A DNA stretch of 32,000 bases from an uncultured bacterium (GTDB lineage Bacteria; Fidelibacterota; Marinisomatia; Marinisomatales; TCS55), in contig CAZJUP010000007.1 of the NCBI GenBank assembly GCA_964549275.1, positions 17,633-49,632 of the forward strand, written 5' to 3'. Below the pieces are notes generated by a model, which saw only the letters and a program-made list of their open reading frames with translations, had not been told where the DNA came from and ran no database searches. Of this stretch, positions 10,510-19,483 are shown piece after piece (position 1 is the first letter of the stretch; every line of letters begins with the position of its first letter). A program made the translations under genes and the position numbers.

Positions 10510-10965
10510 TTAATCGTATTTTTTCAATTGTATTGAAGCTAAAACACTTATGAACCACATAAGCCAATAAAGTAAAAGAACAACATTAAATGGAGATGTT
10601 GGGATATAAACAAAAGCAATTAAACTCAAACCTAGCATAAAAATAAACACTACAAAATGTATAACATTCCTTGCCATTGTCGTCCCCATTCTGGTGACAA
10701 AAACATAAGCAATTAATAATAGACCTATTGAAATAATCAATAAACCAAAAAATCTATAGCTGAACCGTAAATAATCGGGAAAGTAACGATTAACAGACTC
10801 AGAAAATAAGTTGTCAAAAGATGTTTGCAAAAGCGCTTCATTGGCTGACTTGTCCATAAGCCAAGGTTCTTGAATACAACACCACACTATTCCTAATCCT
10901 ATAGCTGTTAATCCAATTAACATTAATGGAATCCAAGTAAAATTATGGAGTATCTTAGATGTCAT
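10510..10965 (-). CDS. Hypothetical integral membrane protein (about 4 TM)
   Basis: 151 aa hydrophobic ORF that abuts the DUF2231 gene with no gap. No family recognised. Confidence 0.5.
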   Translation of the reverse strand: MTSKILHNFTWIPLMLIGLTAIGLGIVWCCIQEPWLMDKSANEALLQTSFDNLFSESVNRYFPDYLRFSYRFFGLLIISIGLLLIAYVFVTRMGTTMARNVIHFVVFIFMLGLSLIAFVYIPTSPFNVVLLLYWLMWFISVLASIQLKKYD

Positions 10966-11040
10966 AAAATAAACTTAATCATATTTATGCTTTTGAACCA
11001 AATGCTTGATTGGTCCAATATTCACCATTAGTTTTATACC

Positions 11041-12537
11041 ATGCGCGTTGGAACCATTGCCGCCGGTGAAAAGAATACCGCAGAAGCTGCCGCCGCTCTT
11101 TTAGAGGCCGGTGGAAATGCTTTTGATGCGTCGGTGGGTGCCGTCTTCACGTCTATGACATCAGAGTTCACTCTGACCGGTCCATGCGGGGGAGGCGCTC
11201 TTCTGGCATATCCAATAGATTCTGATCCTTTGGTATATGATTTTTTTGTAAACACTCCATCGTCTCTCCCTAGTCAAAACACAGATTTTTTTAAAATCAC
11301 TGTGGATTTTGGACCCTCTTCTCAAGATTTTCATATTGGATTAGGATCTGTCGCAGTTCCGGGAACATTGGCTGGTTTATTGTATGTACATAAAAAACAT
11401 GGATGCCTTCCTTTAAAAACAGTTTTAGAACCCGCCATATTTGCAGCAAAACATGGAATAAGAATTAATGACGCCCACGCTTACTTATATAAAATTCTCG
11501 ATCCAATTCTATCATTACAGCCACAGGGTAAAAAATTGTTTCACCCAAACAACAGAGTATTACACGCTGGTGATAAGTTTAAAAATATCGATTTTGCCGA
11601 TTTTTTAGACACAGTTCAAACAGAAGGCTCTGATTATTTTTACCGCGGGGCGGGTGCAAAAGATTTCTTATCACTGATGAACGATGGAGGACTCGTTACA
11701 CCCAAAGACTTGATAAATTACCGCGTTATCGAAAGAAAACCGCTTATGTCTGCTTTTGCCAATAAACAACTATTATCCAATCCAGCGCCTTCTACTGGAG
11801 GAACCCTCATTTCATTTATCCTTCAACTCTTGGACAGGGCAAAAATAAAATCATCCAGTTCAATGGCTATGGCCTTTCATGCTGCAAATCTAACCCGGGC
11901 GGAAATCTGTTTAGATCCCACAGATGAATATCAAATATCAAGAATTCTCAATACTTCTATTATAAACCCATGGATAAATTTTATGGACACTTTTGACAAT
12001 GATCCTCCATCACGCGGGGCGACAACACATGTAAGCATTATGGATAAAGACGGAAATGCTGCAAGCGTTACAACAACAAATGGAGAAGGATGTGGATATG
12101 TTCTGCCAGGAATGGGAATTATGCCGAACAACATGCTTGGAGAAGAAGACTTAAACCCTTTAGGGTTTCATCGGTGGACTGGTGGTCGAAGGTTACCAAC
12201 AATGATGTCTCCTTCTATGGTCGTGGGAAAGAATGGACCTGAACTGGTTTTGGGAAGTGGTGGCAGTAATCGAATTCGCTCTGCTATTTCTCAAGTTATA
12301 TTTCACGTATTAACCAATAAACTGGATTTGCAATCAGCAATTAAAGCTCCCAGAATGCACCTTGACGGGAATACCCTTCATTGTGAGCCGGAAATTTCAT
12401 TTTCAAAAGGTTTGCCTAAATGGATTCATCTTCATCGTTGGAAGAGTCCAAATTTATATTTTGGCGGTGTACACGCTGTAACGAAAACAGATGCTGTGGG
12501 AGATCCAAGAAGAGATGGATATGGAATTGTGCTGTAA
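11041..12537 (+). CDS. ggt: Gamma-glutamyltranspeptidase-family Ntn hydrolase with no signal peptide
   Basis: 498 aa with 'LLEAGGNAFDA', the autoprocessing/catalytic Thr region 'SRGATTHVSIMDKDGNAASVTTTNGEGCG' and 'LGSGGSNRIRSAI'. An in-frame TAG at 11029-11031 rules out an upstream extension. Confidence 0.85.
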   Translation: MRVGTIAAGEKNTAEAAAALLEAGGNAFDASVGAVFTSMTSEFTLTGPCGGGALLAYPIDSDPLVYDFFVNTPSSLPSQNTDFFKITVDFGPSSQDFHIGLGSVAVPGTLAGLLYVHKKHGCLPLKTVLEPAIFAAKHGIRINDAHAYLYKILDPILSLQPQGKKLFHPNNRVLHAGDKFKNIDFADFLDTVQTEGSDYFYRGAGAKDFLSLMNDGGLVTPKDLINYRVIERKPLMSAFANKQLLSNPAPSTGGTLISFILQLLDRAKIKSSSSMAMAFHAANLTRAEICLDPTDEYQISRILNTSIINPWINFMDTFDNDPPSRGATTHVSIMDKDGNAASVTTTNGEGCGYVLPGMGIMPNNMLGEEDLNPLGFHRWTGGRRLPTMMSPSMVVGKNGPELVLGSGGSNRIRSAISQVIFHVLTNKLDLQSAIKAPRMHLDGNTLHCEPEISFSKGLPKWIHLHRWKSPNLYFGGVHAVTKTDAVGDPRRDGYGIVL

Positions 12538-12577
12538 GGATTACATGGTATAAGGGTACCCGACAATGTGAATTTCT

Positions 12578-13315
12578 TTAGGTAAGGTTCATGTTTTTTC
12601 TCTTTAAGGATTCAGAAGAAAGCCATTCAAACAGTCGAACTTGCTCTGGGTTGTCTAACCCTATTTCCGGATGCCACTGAACAGCAATAAACGCATTCCT
12701 TTCATCTATGTCTTCTATAGCTTCGATTAGACCATCTTCTGAATGAGCGACAGCCTTTAACCCTTTTCCCAGCTTCCAAATCCCCTGATGGTGAGTGCTT
12801 GCAACCTCTGGTGTTTTGTTATTTATTACTCTATAAATCAAACTGTCCTCTACTAAGGTAACGGGATGGTTAACCCATTTTCCATTGAATTCTCCATGAT
12901 AAATAGCACCACCCATCTGGGAGTTCAAGTCTTCGTATAAACTGCCACCATAAATCACATTAATATGTTGAAATCCAGCACAAATTGATAAAATGGGTAT
13001 TTTATGCTTTTTGGCCGCCAGGAAAAGAGATCGATCAAATTTTTCCCGCGTGGGATGCATAATATCTTCATCTAGCAGTTCTGGGCTTTTTCCGCCATAA
13101 ATATCATGGGGTAGATCTGGTCCACCCACGGTAAGCAATCCATCAATAGACTGAACAATTTCTTCTATGGTACCACCATTAGCCGGATAATGGAGCGTAA
13201 CGGGAATCCCTCCGCCCATCCAAACGGCTTTGTAATATTTTTCCTGAGTTCCGTTCCAAAATAGATTTCGGTGTTCAAAATAATACGGGTTAATTCCAAT
13301 TAAGGGTTTCTTCAC
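12578..13315 (-). CDS. Class I glutamine amidotransferase-like gamma-glutamyl hydrolase (peptidase C26, PuuD-like)
   Basis: 245 aa with nucleophile elbow 'LSICAGFQHINV' and 'VQWHPE' (catalytic His/Glu region), as in the C26 gamma-glutamyl-GABA hydrolase family. Confidence 0.8.
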   Translation of the reverse strand: MKKPLIGINPYYFEHRNLFWNGTQEKYYKAVWMGGGIPVTLHYPANGGTIEEIVQSIDGLLTVGGPDLPHDIYGGKSPELLDEDIMHPTREKFDRSLFLAAKKHKIPILSICAGFQHINVIYGGSLYEDLNSQMGGAIYHGEFNGKWVNHPVTLVEDSLIYRVINNKTPEVASTHHQGIWKLGKGLKAVAHSEDGLIEAIEDIDERNAFIAVQWHPEIGLDNPEQVRLFEWLSSESLKRKNMNLT

Positions 13316-14582
13316 AGCGTTTCCTTAAAAATTCATTTAGTGTGAGACCACTTTTTTCATAAGCTTTTTGACATTGTAAACTCATGAAACCGTCGTTAAA
13401 AAATGCATTTAAATAAGGGTCTAAAAATGTCAACTCGTCTTTAACGCCCATCCATTCTTTTCTTTCTACCAACCCATCCAAGGCTAAGATGCAGACTTGT
13501 TCCAACCAGTATCCAATATGTTTATCATGAGGTCCCTTCTGATTTAAATCCAATTTTTTAGCTCGACGATTGAGCATATTTCGATCATTTAGCGTAAAAC
13601 CGTTTGCAAAGTCCCTGACTTTTTCCCGCGTCTTATTTCCGGTTAATAATCCAAGCCAAAATGCGGCAGGAGCCAGTTCATATCCGCTGGGAGGACGATC
13701 AGCTCCCCGGATTTCCAAGACATGTTTAAAACGAATGTGTGTAAATATTTGGTGTAGCGCGGACAATATTTCCTCGCGGCCCGGGTTTTTGCATGTCTCT
13801 AAATACTGACCCAATGTTCCTTCAAATCCACTTGCGTTTCCATTAGGCTCATAGACAAAAATGGCAGGCACATTCATTACATAATTTGAAAATTTATCCA
13901 ATAAATATTTAGAGTCATCCATCCCATGTTCTAAAAGAGAACCACAACGAACAGGATCTGTATCTGACCATATATTATACCTGACATTTTTTGTCTTCGT
14001 TGAGTTTCCGTTCATAAATGGACTATTGGCAAATAAAAGAGATGAAAAAGGTTGCAATACATCTGAAATATAAGCCATTTCTTCCGCATCTTTTTTCGAA
14101 GCAAGATCCAAATTAATTTGAATGCTTGTTGTGTTCCTCATCATCCATGGCCCCAGCTGACCAGCTTGACGAAAACGATTATCCATTATCCTGTATTTAT
14201 TTTGATCAATGAGGTCTATTTCCTCCGGCGAATATAGTGGCTCAAGAGACAGGTCTAATACATATAAGTCGTTTTCATGACAGAGAGAAAGTTCTCTGGA
14301 TTTATGTTTTTGTAAACTCTTGTTTATATCGTGAAGCCCTTTGGTCGGTTGGGAAGCCCACTCTAGCTGTCCCCCAGGTTCCAAGGAATAGGAAGATTCA
14401 TCTGTCTCTTTCAAAATATCCACCAATAAATCTGAAGCGGAATATTTCGAACCCTTGTTTACCGGAATTCTATTAAAATGTTTATCATAGAATAAACACT
14501 CAACTTCTATGCCAATACGCCGCTTTTTGGCTGACACCCTGTTAGATAAAATTACAGATTGCAGTTTTTCCTGAATACTCAT
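13290..14582 (-). CDS. Glutamate--cysteine ligase, plant/proteobacterial GCS2-like family
   Basis: 430 aa. 'RIGIEVECLF' and 'SLEPGGQLEWAS' resemble the metal/glutamate-binding strands of plant-type gamma-glutamylcysteine synthetase. Substrate specificity cannot be read from the sequence. Confidence 0.7.
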   Translation of the reverse strand: MSIQEKLQSVILSNRVSAKKRRIGIEVECLFYDKHFNRIPVNKGSKYSASDLLVDILKETDESSYSLEPGGQLEWASQPTKGLHDINKSLQKHKSRELSLCHENDLYVLDLSLEPLYSPEEIDLIDQNKYRIMDNRFRQAGQLGPWMMRNTTSIQINLDLASKKDAEEMAYISDVLQPFSSLLFANSPFMNGNSTKTKNVRYNIWSDTDPVRCGSLLEHGMDDSKYLLDKFSNYVMNVPAIFVYEPNGNASGFEGTLGQYLETCKNPGREEILSALHQIFTHIRFKHVLEIRGADRPPSGYELAPAAFWLGLLTGNKTREKVRDFANGFTLNDRNMLNRRAKKLDLNQKGPHDKHIGYWLEQVCILALDGLVERKEWMGVKDELTFLDPYLNAFFNDGFMSLQCQKAYEKSGLTLNEFLRKRCEETLNWN

Positions 14583-14597
14583 AGTCTCTAGTTTACA

Positions 14598-15149
14598 TTA
14601 TTCCCATGATCTTAGTTGCGTTTTTTTCAACATCCGTTCGATGGATTTTTCTGGGTTCAGACTATTAACATCTTCAAATCGAACCCAAGCCACATCATGG
14701 GATTCATCACTAATAACAATATCTTCCGGACCGTGGTCTGTTTCCAACAAAAACCGAATATCATAATGAAAATGTTGTGGTTCATATTCATTGGGTGGTA
14801 TCAGATGTATGTCGAGATCAAAAATGTTTTTCGAAAGAAATAAAAACCGATTTAACCCCGATTCTTCCTTCGCTTCTGAATAAGCAACATCTTGAAGGTG
14901 TGGGCAACCATCTGCATGTCCTCCCAGCTGTAGCCACAAGTTTAGCTTTTTATGATGAGTCATTAGAACTGATGTTCGTTCTCTATCAATCACCCAAGCA
15001 GATCCTGTAAAATGCCCAATTTCATTGTCACGATTGAAGCAGTTTTTATTTGTTTCCAAAAAACCCAAAACATCGCGTATCGTTTCAGATTCTTCGGAAT
15101 ATTTTTGTTTATACTTCAAAAGTGATTTTTTCAGTGGTTGCCTGTCCAT
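14598..15149 (-). CDS. NUDIX-family hydrolase (divergent Nudix box)
   Basis: 183 aa. 'GHFTGSAWV...LQLGGHADGCPHLQDVAYSEAKEESGL' matches the Nudix fold/box, with R-to-S and other substitutions. Confidence 0.7.
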   Translation of the reverse strand: MDRQPLKKSLLKYKQKYSEESETIRDVLGFLETNKNCFNRDNEIGHFTGSAWVIDRERTSVLMTHHKKLNLWLQLGGHADGCPHLQDVAYSEAKEESGLNRFLFLSKNIFDLDIHLIPPNEYEPQHFHYDIRFLLETDHGPEDIVISDESHDVAWVRFEDVNSLNPEKSIERMLKKTQLRSWE

Positions 15150-15308
15150 GCTTTTTGTCCGGTTTAATCAACAAAAAATTACAACAAATCAATCATTAAC
15201 CTGGCATGAGGAATTTTTGATTTTAGCAGTTTTGATATATCATTCGATCCTCATTAATTTCTAGCTTTTATTCAGACAATATTGTCCTAATTCAATGAGG
15301 TTGTTTAC

Positions 15309-18005
15309 ATGAAATCCGTATATTTCTTTGGTCATGGTCATGCCGAGGGGCGGGCTGATATGAAAAATCTTCTGGGTGGCAAAGGCGCAAACCTGGCTGA
15401 AATGACAAACATTGGGATTCCGGTTCCGCCGGGATTTACTCTGACAACAGAGGTTTGCAATTATTATTATGATAATCATCTTTCCTATCCTGAGGATCTG
15501 GAGGTTCAAGTCCACGATGCAATTCGACAAACTGAAGCTATTATGGATAAGCGGTTTGGTGATGAGAAAAACCCTCTTTTATTATCTGTAAGATCGGGTG
15601 CAAGACAGTCTATGCCCGGCATGATGGAAACTGTTCTAAACATCGGACTCACCTCTAAGACCATTCCGGGTCTGATAGAAAAAACACAAAACCCGCGATT
15701 TGTTTACGACGCTTACCGAAGGCTTATTATGATGTATTCGGATGTTGTCATGGAAAAAGCCGAGGGGATCGAGACTGAAGATGGCGCTGGTATCCGTCAT
15801 CAGCTGGAGGCAATTTTAGACATCTTTAAAAGAGATAAAGGATATCAAAACGATATTGATTTGTCTGGAAATGACTGGAAACACATTTCCGATGAATTTA
15901 AAGGGAAAATAAAAGAGACTTTCAACCGAGACTTTCCTGATGATGGACTAGAGCAATTATGGGGAGGAATAACCGCAGTCTTTCGCAGTTGGAACGGAAA
16001 ACGTGCTGTCAATTATAGGAGGATAGAAGGGTTACCAAGCGATTGGGGAACTGCAGTAAACGTTCAGGCAATGGTTTTTGGAAATACGGGAACAAACTCA
16101 GCAACGGGTGTTGCTTTCACCCGAAACCCGGCCACAGGTGAGAATAATTTTTATGGCGAGTGGCTTCAAAATGCACAAGGGGAAGATGTTGTCGCTGGAA
16201 TTCGCACACCACACCCCCTTAATGACAGTACAAAAACAGAAGAATCGGCCCATAGAGAATCTTTAGAAGCTTTTTTACCGACAATTTACCAAACTCTTGA
16301 TAAAATTCGTATCAAGCTAGAAACACATTATAGAGATATGCAGGATATTGAATTTACTATAGAAAATGGTACCCTGTGGATGCTTCAAACCCGAACAGGG
16401 AAAAGAAACGGACCTGCTGCCATTCAAATGGCCGTGGATATGGTTGCTGAGAAACTAATCTCCAAGAAAGAAGCTGTACTTCGTGTTTTACCAAACCAAA
16501 TTGATGAATTACTGCATCCCATGCTCGATCCAAAAGAAGAAACTAAAACGGAACTTTTGGCTAAAGGATTGCCGGCAGGACCCGGTGGAGCCATTGGCCA
16601 AGTAGTTTTTTCCGCTGACGATGCTGAGACTTGGGCAAAAGAAGGAAAGTCAGTCGTTTTAGTTCGAAACGAAACTTCTCCTGAAGATGTTCATGGAATG
16701 CATGCAGCAAAAGCTATTTTAACAGCCAAAGGAGGTATGACTTCTCATGCAGCGCTTGTGGCTCGAGGCTGGGGAAAATGTTGTATTGTGGGTTGTGGAT
16801 CTTTAAACATCAATGCAAAGAATAAAACAATTGATGTAAATGGTTCTCTTTTAAAAGAAGGTGACTGGATATCGATGAACGGAACAAAAGGAACTGTTTA
16901 CTCCGGCAAAATCACGCTCTCAGCCGCCGATCCGGAATCAAATAAAGCCTATAAACAGCTTATAGGTTGGGCAGATGAATTCCGCTCCTTAAAGGTTCGA
17001 ACCAATGCGGAGCGCCCTGAAGACGCAAAACAAGCCCGCACATTTGGAGCCCAGGGAATTGGACTTTGTCGAACTGAACATATGTTTTTTGATCCAGAAA
17101 GAATTCTTGCAGTTCGAAAAATGATCCTTGCAGAATCTACTGAAGATCGCCGGTCGGCCATAATGGAATTACTGCCTTACCAACGAGAAGACTTTAAAGG
17201 AATTCTTCTGGCGATGGAAGGGCTTCCGGTAACGGTACGCCTCTTAGACCCACCATTACACGAGTTTATAACTCTGACGGATTCACAAGTTGATAATCTG
17301 TCTTCTGAAATTGGGACATCCAATGAAAAAATAAAAGCGCGAATCGCAAATTTACATGAACTGAACCCTATGTTGGGTCATAGAGGATGTCGCCTAGGAA
17401 TTTCCTACCCGGAAATAACTGAAATGCAAGCTCGGGCACTTTTCGAGGCCACGGCTGAGTTAACCAAAACTGGGCTATCTGTTTATCCGGAGGTCATGAT
17501 TCCATTGGTCGGTACATATACAGAGTTTGAAAACCAAGAAGCTGTTATCAGAACTGTCGCGAAAAAAGTTGTTGATGAACAAAATATTACATTTGATTTT
17601 TTGGTTGGAACAATGATTGAACTACCGCGGGCTTGCCTAACGGCTGATGAAATTGCAAAAACAGCAGAGTTTTTTAGCTTTGGCACCAACGATTTAACAC
17701 AAACAACTTATGGGTTCAGTCGTGATGATATTGGAGGATTTTTACCAGATTTTCTCGAAAGAAAAATTCTAACCCATGATCCGTTTCAAAGCTTGGATCA
17801 AAGCGGAGTTGGACAATTGCTCTCTATGGGAGTAGACAAAGGACGGTCTGTCAGAGAAGATTTAAAAATAGGAATTTGTGGAGAACATGGCGGTGACCCT
17901 GATAGTGTTGAGTTTTGTCATAAAAATGGATTAAACTATGTGAGCTGTTCTCCATTTCGTGTTCCCGTTGCACGGCTTGCAGCTGCCCATGCGGCACTAA
18001 AGTAA
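15309..18005 (+). CDS. ppdK: Pyruvate, phosphate dikinase
   Basis: 898 aa with N-terminal ATP-grasp 'LGGKGANLAEM', phospho-His swivel 'GGMTSHAALVARGWG' and PEP-utilizing C-terminal 'GICGEHGGDP'. Confidence 0.96.
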   Translation: MKSVYFFGHGHAEGRADMKNLLGGKGANLAEMTNIGIPVPPGFTLTTEVCNYYYDNHLSYPEDLEVQVHDAIRQTEAIMDKRFGDEKNPLLLSVRSGARQSMPGMMETVLNIGLTSKTIPGLIEKTQNPRFVYDAYRRLIMMYSDVVMEKAEGIETEDGAGIRHQLEAILDIFKRDKGYQNDIDLSGNDWKHISDEFKGKIKETFNRDFPDDGLEQLWGGITAVFRSWNGKRAVNYRRIEGLPSDWGTAVNVQAMVFGNTGTNSATGVAFTRNPATGENNFYGEWLQNAQGEDVVAGIRTPHPLNDSTKTEESAHRESLEAFLPTIYQTLDKIRIKLETHYRDMQDIEFTIENGTLWMLQTRTGKRNGPAAIQMAVDMVAEKLISKKEAVLRVLPNQIDELLHPMLDPKEETKTELLAKGLPAGPGGAIGQVVFSADDAETWAKEGKSVVLVRNETSPEDVHGMHAAKAILTAKGGMTSHAALVARGWGKCCIVGCGSLNINAKNKTIDVNGSLLKEGDWISMNGTKGTVYSGKITLSAADPESNKAYKQLIGWADEFRSLKVRTNAERPEDAKQARTFGAQGIGLCRTEHMFFDPERILAVRKMILAESTEDRRSAIMELLPYQREDFKGILLAMEGLPVTVRLLDPPLHEFITLTDSQVDNLSSEIGTSNEKIKARIANLHELNPMLGHRGCRLGISYPEITEMQARALFEATAELTKTGLSVYPEVMIPLVGTYTEFENQEAVIRTVAKKVVDEQNITFDFLVGTMIELPRACLTADEIAKTAEFFSFGTNDLTQTTYGFSRDDIGGFLPDFLERKILTHDPFQSLDQSGVGQLLSMGVDKGRSVREDLKIGICGEHGGDPDSVEFCHKNGLNYVSCSPFRVPVARLAAAHAALK

Positions 18006-18022
18006 CTCGTTATCTCTTTATA

Positions 18023-19414
18023 TTAAATCGACTCGAACTTCGCAGTAAAGTGTCGTAAAAAAGGAGGTTGTTCAATAATGTTGAATCCTTTCATGGCCTT
18101 TCTCTTTTCATATATACCTCGAGCTACTTCTATCACATAGTCAATGTGGCTTTGGGTGTGCGTTCTCCTGGGAAGGGCCAGCCGGACCAACTCCATTGCT
18201 GCTGGGGTTTCCTGATGTGATCCTTCTATTTTTTTCCCAAACATTACAGAACCAATTTCACATGTTCTTATTCCACCCGCTAAATATAACTCAACGGCCA
18301 AACTTTGCCCTGGATATTGACTGGGCGGAACATGAGGAAGTAATGCTTTTGCGTCCAAATAGACAGCATGCCCACCAGGTGGCTGAATAATGGGGAATCC
18401 CATTTCTGAGAGATGGTCACCAAGATATTGGGCTTCGGCCAAACGATATTTTAAATAGTCTTCTTCCAAGACTTCTTCGAGACCAACAGCTATAGCTTCC
18501 AAATCTCTCCCGGCTAATCCCCCATAAGTTGGAAAGCCTTCAGTCAGAATCAATAAATCTTTTTCTTCTCTTGCCAACTCGTCATTGTTTGTACACAGAA
18601 ATCCTCCAATGTTGGCCAACCCGTCCTTCTTGGCGCTCATGGTACATCCATCGGCAAAGGACATCATTTCTTTCACAATGTCTTTAACTGATTTTTCTTT
18701 GTATCCCGGCTCGCGCAGCTTGATGAAATATGCGTTTTCTGCAAATCTAGCGGCATCAAAGTATAGCGGTATCTTATAAGGGGCTAATACCGCTTTCACT
18801 GCTTTGATGTTTTCCATAGAAACAGGCTGCCCGCCTCCTGAATTATTCGTAACAGTTAGCATGCAGAGAGGAATTTTCTCAGGTCCATTTTTTTGAATAA
18901 GTGATTTAAGTTTTTTTACATCCATATTACCTTTGAATGGATGCACAACCTCAGGATCTTTTCCCTCTTCGATTACTAAATCTTCCGCAGTGGCACCTTG
19001 AAACTCAACATTGGCTCTTGTGGTATCAAAATGAGTGTTATTCGGAACAATATCTCCCGGTTTACACATCACTGAAAACAAAATGCGCTCTGCAGCTCTG
19101 CCTTGATGGGTTGGAATAACATTGGAAAAACCTAATATATCCATTATTGCTGCTTCAAAACGCAAAAAACTGTCGCTTCCTGCATAGGATTCGTCCCCCT
19201 GCATCATGGCTCCCCATTGTTTAGAACTCATCGCACCTGTCCCACTATCTGTTAAAAGGTCTATGAGTACATCCCGAGCTCGAATTTTAAATAAATTATA
19301 ATTAGCATTTTTAACAACATTTTCCCTTTCGTCTCTAGTGGTCATTCGTATTGGTTCCACAGATTTTATAATAAACGGTTCAATTACAGTTCTAAACTCG
19401 TGTTTAATAGACAT
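18023..19414 (-). CDS. tnaA: Tryptophanase (beta-eliminating lyase family; tyrosine phenol-lyase not excluded)
   Basis: 463 aa with 'EPFIIKSVEPIRMTTRDERE', 'DLLTDSGTGAMS', PLP-Lys motif 'MSAKKDGLANIGGFL', 'EGFPTYGGLAGRD' and C-terminal 'LRHFTAKFESI'. The last three are closer to my recollection of E. coli TnaA than of TPL. Confidence 0.85.
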   Translation of the reverse strand: MSIKHEFRTVIEPFIIKSVEPIRMTTRDERENVVKNANYNLFKIRARDVLIDLLTDSGTGAMSSKQWGAMMQGDESYAGSDSFLRFEAAIMDILGFSNVIPTHQGRAAERILFSVMCKPGDIVPNNTHFDTTRANVEFQGATAEDLVIEEGKDPEVVHPFKGNMDVKKLKSLIQKNGPEKIPLCMLTVTNNSGGGQPVSMENIKAVKAVLAPYKIPLYFDAARFAENAYFIKLREPGYKEKSVKDIVKEMMSFADGCTMSAKKDGLANIGGFLCTNNDELAREEKDLLILTEGFPTYGGLAGRDLEAIAVGLEEVLEEDYLKYRLAEAQYLGDHLSEMGFPIIQPPGGHAVYLDAKALLPHVPPSQYPGQSLAVELYLAGGIRTCEIGSVMFGKKIEGSHQETPAAMELVRLALPRRTHTQSHIDYVIEVARGIYEKRKAMKGFNIIEQPPFLRHFTAKFESI

Positions 19415-19439
19415 GGTTTCCTCACAAATTTAATAGAAA

Positions 19440-19470
19440 TTAAAAAGCCCCCGAATAGGGGGCTTTTCTT
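19440..19470 (-). terminator. Rho-independent terminator after the FliG-like gene
   Basis: The minus strand reads aaaaGCCCCCtattcGGGGGCttttt. It begins about 15 nt after the stop at 19484 and lies about 26 nt upstream of the tnaA start. Confidence 0.75.
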
Positions 19471-19483
19471 TTACTCTAACGAT

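Noticed and set aside
15275-15286. Perfect 12-bp palindrome GACAATATTGTC located 23 nt upstream of ppdK (possible operator)
   Set aside because: About 32000/4^6, or roughly 8, perfect 12-bp palindromes are expected by chance in a window this size, and more in AT-rich DNA. There is no second copy, so it is not significant on its own.
15261-15530. 89-aa - strand ORF overlapping the ppdK start
   Set aside because: It is antisense to the highly conserved PPDK N-terminus and has an oddly repetitive 'IIIIII' translation.
18006-18022. 17-nt convergent gap between ppdK and tnaA as a shared terminator
   Set aside because: No convincing inverted repeat fits in this space. Termination signals, if any, must lie within the coding ends.
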